From assembly GCA_040384565.1 (NCBI GenBank), contig JAZKJC010000005.1, forward strand, positions 12,796 to 76,795: a DNA stretch of 64,000 nucleotides, given 5' to 3'. The position numbers and the translations under genes were made by a program. Below the pieces are notes generated by a model. It ran no database searches. It was not told the DNA's origin and saw nothing but the letters and a program-made list of their open reading frames with translations. Source of the stretch: Patescibacteria group bacterium (GTDB lineage: Bacteria > Patescibacteriota > Saccharimonadia > Saccharimonadales > JAZKJC01). Shown here one piece after another: positions 35,237 through 42,649 of the stretch; within the stretch, counting starts at the first letter, position 1; every line of letters begins with the position of its first letter.

Positions 35237-37861
35237 ATGAAAAAGTTAGCAGTGATGATTCGTAGATACCATGCATTTTTATTGATTCTTACCTTGGGTT
35301 TTACAATTCTCCCTTTGACCAAATCAGAAGCTCTTGTTGGCTCAGGCCCCCTTTGGTTAGTAAGTGTAAACAATTCAGGTGTTCAGGGGACTAACCCCAA
35401 TTACGCACCTACAAGTAATATGCCGACAATTAGTGCCGATGGCCGTAATGTTGCATTTTATTCAACCGCACGACTCGTGCCAGAAGACACCAACACATTT
35501 GCTGATGTATATGTTCGTGATGTACAAGCAGGAATAACCAAAAGAGTTAGCATAGCCAGTAATGGAGACCAGGCCGATGGACCAAGTGAAACAGCCGCCA
35601 TTAGCGCAAACGGTCGCTTTGTTGTCCTTAGATCTGATGCGACCAATCTTGTAACAGGTGATACCAACAATCACACAGATTTTTTTGTACATGATTTACA
35701 GACAGCGATTACGACTATTGAGAGTATAAGCACAAGCAGTACCCAAGCAAATAACTCAAGTACTCTAGCTTCTATTAGCGCTGATGGCCGTTACATAGTT
35801 TTTGATTCTTTGGCAAGCAATTTGGTGCCCAATGATACAAATGGACGATCTGATATATTCTTACGCGATCGTCAAAATGGAGTTACTAGTAGAGAAAGTA
35901 TCAATCTATCAGGTAATCAAGCTAATGAAACGAGCTTTGAACCAGAAATTAGCGCTGATGGCCGTTACATAGTTTTTAGTTCGTTTGCTTCTAATTTATT
36001 GGTTGGAAACCAAAATCCTAATGATTCGAATGATGCATACGATATTTTCGTACGCGACCGGCAGACAGGTACGAACAGAAGAGTCAGCGTTGGCAGCAAT
36101 GGTCTACAAGCGAATGGGGGTAGTCAACGTCCACAAATCAACGATTCTGGTACACGGATAGTTTTTGATTCAGACGCAAGAAATCTAGTTCCAGAGAACA
36201 TTCCTCTTCCTTTTGGTTCACAGTATGCCCAGAATGTTTATATGCATGATTTAACAACAAACACCACAAGCCTTTTAAGTAAAAGTATTAATGGTAGTAC
36301 AGGGGGTAACTTTCATAGCAACCAGCCTGCTATTAGTGGGGATGGCGAATTTGTGGTTTTCACATCATCTGCAAATGACTTAGTCTCTGGAGATTCTGGA
36401 ATTATTGGGGAAGGGAGTGGCGATGTTTTTGTTAGAGAGATCGTTACAGACACTACCAAAAGGATAAGTCTTTCAAATAATGGCGAGGAAGGAAACGATA
36501 ACAGCTATTATCCAAGTATAAGTTTTGATGGAAATTATACTGTTTTTGCTTCACAAGCATCAAATTTTGTAACCCCAGATATTAATGGTTACGATATATT
36601 TTTGTACCAGAATTCTATACCTGATACACAACCCCCTATTGTAATGGGTTCCCCAGATCGAGAAGCTAATTCACACAACTGGTATAACGCGGATGTGACG
36701 ATAGATTGGACGGCTATTGACCCTGCGCCAAGCTCCGCCACTCCGACAGACCCACCCAATACAACTGCAAGCACTGAAGGAGCCAATGTTACTTATACTA
36801 GCGGGCAAAGCTGTGATCCTGATAATAACTGTGCTGCGGGCTCGCTAGCTCTATCAATAGACAAAACCGCGCCAACCATTACGGCCACCATAACGTCAGC
36901 GCCAAATAGCAGTGGCTGGAATAAAGACGAAGTGACCGTCACGTTTGCTTGTACCGATTTATTATCTGGGATAGATTTTTGTCCAGCTCCCTTTACGGTT
37001 TCTAACGACACAGCAAGTCAAACAGTCTCCGGTTCTGCAATAGACAAAGCAGGCAATACCGCAAACGCGTCCGTGGTTGTGAAGATAGATAAAACAGTGC
37101 CAACTATAACTGCCTTTGTCGTACCAGCCTCTAATTTAAATGGTTGGAATAACAATGATGTTACGGTGACATTTACGTGTAATGACGTGTTATCTGGGAT
37201 AGATTCGTGTTCCAGCCCCATTACAGTGAGCGGTGAAGCCAACAACCAGGCAATTACAGGAACGGCAGTTGATAACGCCGGAAATATAACAACGATAACA
37301 GTAACACTCAATATTGATAAGACCTTACCGACCATAACAACTGCTGTGACGCCTGCTCCAAATGCTAAAGGCTGGAATAACTCTAATGTTACGATAACAT
37401 TAACATGTTCAGACACTCTATCGGGCGTTGATACATGTAGTGCTCCTATTACTCTAACAAACGAAAGAGATGGACAAGTTGTGTCAGGAACTGCAGTTGA
37501 TAACGCCGGAAACAGCATAAATGTTACCCAAACTATCCGCATTGATAAAACTATCCCAACTGTTGGTGCTATAAGCTTTAATACACCAGGTAATCAGGGA
37601 GTAAAAACCTTGAATCAGACAATTACGGTGTCAGCACTTGCAAATGATGTTCTATCAGGTATAGATGGCGGAGAATACTTTGTAGATGTTGACCCAGGCG
37701 CAGGTAACGGTACGCCTATGACTATATCTGGACTGAATATTACAGGTACAATAGGTACAAACCTTACACCAGGTTCGCATCAGATATATGTTCGTTCTAA
37801 AGATGCAGCTGGCAACTGGAGTATTCTGTCTTCTCGGCGGTTAGTTGTCCTTCCATTCTAA
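35237..37861 (+). CDS. secreted PD40/TolB-like beta-propeller protein with tandem Ig-like domains (putative adhesin)
   Basis: Signal peptide followed by at least 7 repeats of the I-S-(A/G)-D-G-R-(Y/F)-(I/V)-(V/A)-F type, then four ~76-aa IDKT.PTIT...GWN...VT(V/I)TF.C.D.LSG(I/V)D.C units. Confidence 0.7.
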   Translation: MKKLAVMIRRYHAFLLILTLGFTILPLTKSEALVGSGPLWLVSVNNSGVQGTNPNYAPTSNMPTISADGRNVAFYSTARLVPEDTNTFADVYVRDVQAGITKRVSIASNGDQADGPSETAAISANGRFVVLRSDATNLVTGDTNNHTDFFVHDLQTAITTIESISTSSTQANNSSTLASISADGRYIVFDSLASNLVPNDTNGRSDIFLRDRQNGVTSRESINLSGNQANETSFEPEISADGRYIVFSSFASNLLVGNQNPNDSNDAYDIFVRDRQTGTNRRVSVGSNGLQANGGSQRPQINDSGTRIVFDSDARNLVPENIPLPFGSQYAQNVYMHDLTTNTTSLLSKSINGSTGGNFHSNQPAISGDGEFVVFTSSANDLVSGDSGIIGEGSGDVFVREIVTDTTKRISLSNNGEEGNDNSYYPSISFDGNYTVFASQASNFVTPDINGYDIFLYQNSIPDTQPPIVMGSPDREANSHNWYNADVTIDWTAIDPAPSSATPTDPPNTTASTEGANVTYTSGQSCDPDNNCAAGSLALSIDKTAPTITATITSAPNSSGWNKDEVTVTFACTDLLSGIDFCPAPFTVSNDTASQTVSGSAIDKAGNTANASVVVKIDKTVPTITAFVVPASNLNGWNNNDVTVTFTCNDVLSGIDSCSSPITVSGEANNQAITGTAVDNAGNITTITVTLNIDKTLPTITTAVTPAPNAKGWNNSNVTITLTCSDTLSGVDTCSAPITLTNERDGQVVSGTAVDNAGNSINVTQTIRIDKTIPTVGAISFNTPGNQGVKTLNQTITVSALANDVLSGIDGGEYFVDVDPGAGNGTPMTISGLNITGTIGTNLTPGSHQIYVRSKDAAGNWSILSSRRLVVLPF
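36857..37540 (+). repeat. three tandem 228-bp coding repeats (Ig-like domain units), with a fourth degenerate unit following
   Basis: Units begin at 36857, 37085, 37313 and 37541, each with the IDKT codons, giving an exact 228-nt period. Confidence 0.85.
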
Positions 37862-37964
37862 ACCTGTGGATAACCGCTTGCTTAGGTAAAATGCTTGTGT
37901 TACATTAGCTCCGTAACTTTCAACATTACAAATAAAAAGTATCAAAACAAAAGGAGATCATAAG

Positions 37965-39236
37965 ATGCAAAGTTTCATAAATATAAAAGATAGAACGGCT
38001 TCGTTGCTTATTGCGACAGTATTAGTTCTATTTAGTGTGCTATTGGCTGTTTTGCCATTTGCAAAAGTATCAGCATACTCAACCCTCAATGAGCGAAAGA
38101 TCCAACTCGGCAGCTCAAAAATAAGTCAAACAGACGTTACATATGACGTAAGTTTCAAACCAACCACAACTGGTAACATCCGCACAATCATTATTGATTT
38201 TTGTGATAGCCCATTGATTGGTACTGTTTGTAACGCGCCAGCTGGCTTTAGCTCAGTCGAGTCAACTTTGATTGTCTCAGACCTCACGGGTCTAGCTGGA
38301 ACTTGGTTAGTTGATCAAACCGAAACAACTACCAATACCATTTTCATTAAAAACGCTACAGGAGGCAGTATAGCTGCAGGTTCAGAAGCTAGCTTCGACC
38401 TTGGTTCAACAGGTGGTACCGATGGTGTTACAAACCCATCTGCAACTGGAACCTTCTATGCTCGCATTCTAACCTATACTACAGATACTGCGGGTGACGC
38501 CTATGATTCTTCGAGTACAGGTGCCAACAACCCTCCTGCCGCTACAGTTGATGCCGGAGGTGTAGCCCTTAGTACTGCTAACCAATTGACCATCAATGCT
38601 ATCGTGCAAGAACAACTACAGTTTTGTGTCGGTACTATAAATGGTGCAGCCCCTGCTGACTGCACAGGCTTAACTGGCAGTACTGTTAACCTTGGTGTTG
38701 TGGACTCAACGGTCAGTAGTATTTCCCCAGTTGCTGCTGCTAGCGGTGGCAACAACTTAAACGGTGCCGCTATGGTGCGAACCAATGCAGCTAATGGCGT
38801 AGTTATTGAATACTTCGCTGAAGTAGCATCAGGCACTAACCATACACGAGCACTACGTGTACCTGGCGCTACTTGTAACGCTGGTGTCGTAGACACTGAC
38901 CAATGTTTTAACTCACCAGATACTCAAATTTCGTTTGCAACCGCAGGCTTCGAAGGCTTCGGGGTTACGTCTACCCTAGATACTAGTAGTGGTAGTACTA
39001 CAAACGTCGTGAGAGACGCGAACTATGACGGTGATGGTACCGCAGCAGTTGGCTTTGCCTGGAGAGAATCAGGTGCATTCGCTACCCTGGCTTCTTCTAC
39101 GGGTGGTGCACAACCTGAAAACCGAGTGGTCGAAGACGAGATGCTTGTCCTAAGATTTGCAGCTCGTGCTGACGCGACAACTCCAACTGGTTCCTACAGT
39201 GTAGTAAGCACATACGTAGCAACCTCATCGTTCTAG
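37965..39236 (+). CDS. secreted fimbrial-subunit-like protein (paralogue 2, probable major subunit)
   Basis: Strong AAGGAG RBS and a signal peptide. The N-terminal block L.ER.I.LGSS...FCDSPL...C.AP.GF is paralogous to 39290. The C-terminus is PTGSYSVVSTYVATSSF. Confidence 0.65.
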   Translation: MQSFINIKDRTASLLIATVLVLFSVLLAVLPFAKVSAYSTLNERKIQLGSSKISQTDVTYDVSFKPTTTGNIRTIIIDFCDSPLIGTVCNAPAGFSSVESTLIVSDLTGLAGTWLVDQTETTTNTIFIKNATGGSIAAGSEASFDLGSTGGTDGVTNPSATGTFYARILTYTTDTAGDAYDSSSTGANNPPAATVDAGGVALSTANQLTINAIVQEQLQFCVGTINGAAPADCTGLTGSTVNLGVVDSTVSSISPVAAASGGNNLNGAAMVRTNAANGVVIEYFAEVASGTNHTRALRVPGATCNAGVVDTDQCFNSPDTQISFATAGFEGFGVTSTLDTSSGSTTNVVRDANYDGDGTAAVGFAWRESGAFATLASSTGGAQPENRVVEDEMLVLRFAARADATTPTGSYSVVSTYVATSSF

Positions 39237-39289
39237 AACTATCAGTTCCAGTTACAATTTAGTCAATAATACCTTAAACTAGAAGACAA

Positions 39290-40330
39290 ATGATAAGGTA
39301 CAAGACATCTCAGTTTAGCTGGTTCATAGCGGTACTAATCCTCGGATTAGTACCGCTAGTTCGCGTATTAGAGGCAGATGCAGCAACTTTACAAAATCGG
39401 TCAATTAGGGCTGAAAGTTCCCAGGTCAATGCCAACACTATACATGTGTTTAATTATAATATTCCAAGCATATCGGTGGTTGGTTCAACGGTCTTTGAGT
39501 ACTGCGCGAATGATCCATTGTTACAAACTCCATGTACGCCTCCGTTAGGCCTAGATGTTTCAGTATCAAACCTTGACTCAGAAGCAGGCGATGTAGGTTA
39601 TAGCATCCACGCCTCAACTACATCTAACCGGCTAATACTAACAAGACTGCCCGTTTTAAGTATTCCAGGGGCGGCTCAGTATGTTTTCAGCAATATTATT
39701 AATCCATCTTCTATTGGAACAGTCTATGTACGTATATCTCTGCACGCAAGTGTTGACGGAACTGGTCCTTATGGCGATGGCGGGGGTGTTGTTTTTAGTA
39801 TTGCCAACCAGTTATCTACACAAGCTTTCGTACCTCCATTTTTAATATTTTGTGTTGGTGTTACTGTGGCCAACGATTGCTCGAGTTCTACTGGCAGCAA
39901 TATAGATTTTGGTGAGTTATCCAGAACTAGCCCGAAGACGGCGACTTCACAATTTGCAGGTGCTACTAATGACGCGACAGGATTCTTTACGAACATAGTC
40001 GCGAATACAATGACCTCAGGCAATCAAGTTATTAATCCACTAATAGTTCCAACTAATAATGCACCAGGTACTAGTCAGTTCGGACTAAATATGCGCGCAA
40101 ATAGCAATCCAAGCGTTGGACAAGATCCAGTAGGTATAGGTAGCTCGACAATTCAGCCAGATTATGCTATTCCAAATCAATTTATTCTGAAAGATGGCGT
40201 AGTAACCAGCTCGCCGTTACCAACAGACTTTAACGCGTTTACAGTTAGTTATTTGGTCAACGTAGCAGCTAATCAAGCCCCAGGTGTCTACAACACAACC
40301 TTAACTTATGTGGCTACCGCTGCTTTCTAA
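39290..40330 (+). CDS. secreted fimbrial-subunit-like protein (paralogue 3)
   Basis: Signal peptide. Blocks LQNRSIRAESS...YCANDPL...C.PPLGL and FSIANQLSTQAFVPPFLIFCVGV...IDFGEL. The C-terminus is PGVYNTTLTYVATAAF. Confidence 0.65.
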   Translation: MIRYKTSQFSWFIAVLILGLVPLVRVLEADAATLQNRSIRAESSQVNANTIHVFNYNIPSISVVGSTVFEYCANDPLLQTPCTPPLGLDVSVSNLDSEAGDVGYSIHASTTSNRLILTRLPVLSIPGAAQYVFSNIINPSSIGTVYVRISLHASVDGTGPYGDGGGVVFSIANQLSTQAFVPPFLIFCVGVTVANDCSSSTGSNIDFGELSRTSPKTATSQFAGATNDATGFFTNIVANTMTSGNQVINPLIVPTNNAPGTSQFGLNMRANSNPSVGQDPVGIGSSTIQPDYAIPNQFILKDGVVTSSPLPTDFNAFTVSYLVNVAANQAPGVYNTTLTYVATAAF

Positions 40331-40416
40331 ACTTCCTATAACATACACGCATTTACAAAAGACACGCCAATGCTTATACTTAGGCCAGAATGTATAAAAA
40401 TTAGCGGAGGTTTCTA

Positions 40417-41397
40417 ATGATACGTCGTAAATTATCAATTTTGTTATGTCTAGCAATTCTTGGCGTTGGTTTGTTGTGGGTGCCAGTAAGGGCCCAACAG
40501 GAAACAGGTGGCAGTGGTTTGCAAATATCACCTACAAAAACTGATATAAGCATTGTTGCTGGCGATCAGCGTGATTTCACTATCGCCGTTAAAAACGTTA
40601 CTCAAGGTGACTTGACGGTAAAGACTTTTATAAATGATTTTGAATCAGATAACATTACCGGCAATCCAAGATTGCTGGCTGACACAACAAAAAGAACGGC
40701 TTATTCACTGGCTGAAATAATAAAAGGGCTCAACGACTTTGAATTAAAAGCCCAAGAGAGCAAAGAAATAAAACTTACTGCTATCGTCCCGGCTAATGCT
40801 TCACCTGGAGCATATTTTAGTGCTGTGCGTTTTACGGCTATTCCTAAAAATCAGGCTTCTGAAGCAACGCAAGATGGCGGACAAGTTGCTCTGACGGCAA
40901 GTCTCGCTCATCTGGTTCTTATTGAAATTCCCGGTGAAATAAATGAACAGATTCAGCTAGAAAGCCTTAAATTCCAAAGTAGTGGCAAGGGTGGATCATT
41001 TTTCTTAAGTAGTCCCGATAAAGCAAACCTAGCTATTAAGAACCTTGGAAACGGTTTCTCGCGTCCATTCGGTAAGGTAACTATCAGTAGATTTGGCAAA
41101 GAGGTGTTTGCGTATGATGTTAACAACACCGATCCAAAAGCTATTGTTCTGCCCAAATCCAGCCGTACGCTCATTAATGACGTAAAGAATATAAAATCTC
41201 CCGGTAAATATACGGCGGTTGCATCAGTTGCTTACGGTAATGGAGCAGAAGTTATTAACCAGGAAGTTTCATTCTGGTATGTACCAGCCTGGTTGATAGC
41301 TTTGATACTGGCAATAATTCTAGCAGTGGTAATTGGTTCGTATCTGATGTATCGCAAGCGTTTTGGCAAGCGTCAGGCTAAAAAGAATCGTCGGTAA
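40417..41397 (+). CDS. two-domain surface protein with C-terminal TM anchor (CscA/DUF916-DUF3324-like, chaperone-like strand pattern)
   Basis: GGAGG RBS and a signal peptide. Blocks LQISPTKTDISIVAGDQRDFTIAVKNVT...TFINDF, PGAYFSAVRF and SPGKYTAVASV. The C-terminal TM helix is followed by YRKRFGKRQAKKNRR. Confidence 0.6.
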   Translation: MIRRKLSILLCLAILGVGLLWVPVRAQQETGGSGLQISPTKTDISIVAGDQRDFTIAVKNVTQGDLTVKTFINDFESDNITGNPRLLADTTKRTAYSLAEIIKGLNDFELKAQESKEIKLTAIVPANASPGAYFSAVRFTAIPKNQASEATQDGGQVALTASLAHLVLIEIPGEINEQIQLESLKFQSSGKGGSFFLSSPDKANLAIKNLGNGFSRPFGKVTISRFGKEVFAYDVNNTDPKAIVLPKSSRTLINDVKNIKSPGKYTAVASVAYGNGAEVINQEVSFWYVPAWLIALILAIILAVVIGSYLMYRKRFGKRQAKKNRR

Positions 41398-41404
41398 GCG
41401 TAGT

Positions 41405-41567
41405 CATACCCATGATAAACCACTTTCCGGCTCTTAGACTCGCCTTTTATAGCCAGAACTTCCCGAAATTTAATAACCGTACTACCGGTACGCTGATAAA
41501 ATTTCAAAAACTTCTGACTCATACAACATCAACCCTAAAAACCGAAAAGCAATTTATCATGGGTATA
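41405..41567 (-). repeat. Family-A long imperfect palindrome, copy A3 (inverted relative to A2)
   Basis: The reverse complement of 41406-41523 is identical to 31839-31956 (118 nt, hand alignment). The remaining arm differs but still pairs through five G:U wobbles on the minus strand. Confidence 0.85.
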
Positions 41568-41598
41568 GCAATCCGAATTAGTTTACGTTTATGCTAAT

Positions 41599-42510
41599 AT
41601 GGGGATAGTAGGAACACCCATGAAACTAAAAAATCTAACTTTGGTAGTAATTACCCCATTAATTACAGTTTTGCTTGCCATCATTTTTGTAAGTATTAGT
41701 TCGAGTGTCTACGCGGCCCAAGATTCGGGATCAATTGGTATAGAAGGCCGTATTTCGGCGCCTCCACCTACTCAAGGCGCTACAATTAGTTTGCCAAGAG
41801 ACGGACAGGCTTTTACCACTGTGCCAATTGACGTTAGCGGTATATGCCCGGTAGGGCTGCTCGTGAAGCTGTTCAAAAATAACATTTTTTCAGGTTCACA
41901 GATGTGTACAAATGGTAGCTTTTCTATAAAGGTTGATCTATTTACTGGTACCAACGAGCTTGTGGCACGCGTCTATGATGCCCTAGATCAACCAGGGCCG
42001 GACTCTAACAAAGTTACAGTGAGTTTTAATGATAATAAACAGGGCGCCGGTTCCCGCGTTTCGCTAACCAGTAACTTTGCCAAAAGAGGTGCTAATCCCG
42101 GGCAGACTCTAACTTGGCCAATAATTTTATCCGGTGGCCAAGGCCCATACGCAATTAGTGTTGATTGGGGGGATGGCAAAGCGCCCGATCTTAAGAGTGT
42201 TGAAAATCCCGGTACGTTTAGTATTGAGCACATATACGATAGCCCGGGCGTATACAACATTATCATCAAGGCAACCGACAAGAACGGGGTAAGCGCTTTC
42301 TTGCAGCTTGTAGGTGTAGCCAACGGAGCCTTAAGCCAGGAAAATGGCACTAAAACTGACGGTGATAATGCCGGAGGGACAAGAACCCGTATAATTTGGC
42401 AGCCCGCGGCAATTTCTATCCCGTTCATCATATCGACGTTTTGGCTGGGCAAGCGCTACGAGCTTAAGATGCTGAAGAGGAAAATAGAACGCGGCGACAG
42501 ACCGTTCTAA
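41599..42510 (+). CDS. PKD-domain surface protein with C-terminal TM anchor
   Basis: Signal anchor and a PKD-like ISVDWGDGKAPD...HIYDSPGVYNIIIKATDKNG. The C-terminal TM helix is followed by a basic tail. An alternative start is ATG 41620. Confidence 0.6.
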   Translation: MGIVGTPMKLKNLTLVVITPLITVLLAIIFVSISSSVYAAQDSGSIGIEGRISAPPPTQGATISLPRDGQAFTTVPIDVSGICPVGLLVKLFKNNIFSGSQMCTNGSFSIKVDLFTGTNELVARVYDALDQPGPDSNKVTVSFNDNKQGAGSRVSLTSNFAKRGANPGQTLTWPIILSGGQGPYAISVDWGDGKAPDLKSVENPGTFSIEHIYDSPGVYNIIIKATDKNGVSAFLQLVGVANGALSQENGTKTDGDNAGGTRTRIIWQPAAISIPFIISTFWLGKRYELKMLKRKIERGDRPF

Positions 42511-42512
42511 GG

Positions 42513-42626
42513 CTGTTTACGGTTTACTATTTCCCCTTCACCATGCATTTACCGTTTTCTGTTTTCCATGGCAAACGGCTCAAGTGTAAACGCATAGAAA
42601 ACAGTAAATGGTAAACGGCAAAACAG
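42513..42626 (+). promoter_or_regulatory. GTAAAC-box module U2 upstream of mnmA
   Basis: Three GTTTAC-type boxes are followed by four GTAAAC-type boxes. The blocks ttcaccatg, tttacc, gtaaacgca and agtaaatggtaaacgg occur in the same order as U1. The outer arms ctgtttacggtttact / agtaaatggtaaacgg..aaaacag are complementary. Confidence 0.45.
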
Positions 42627-42631
42627 GTATC

Positions 42632-42640
42632 TGGTAGAAT
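42632..42640 (+). promoter_or_regulatory. extended -10 box TGgTAGAAT, 9 nt before the mnmA ATG
   Basis: tggtagaat is followed by agagcgact and then ATG 42650. Confidence 0.45.
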
Positions 42641-42649
42641 AGAGCGACT

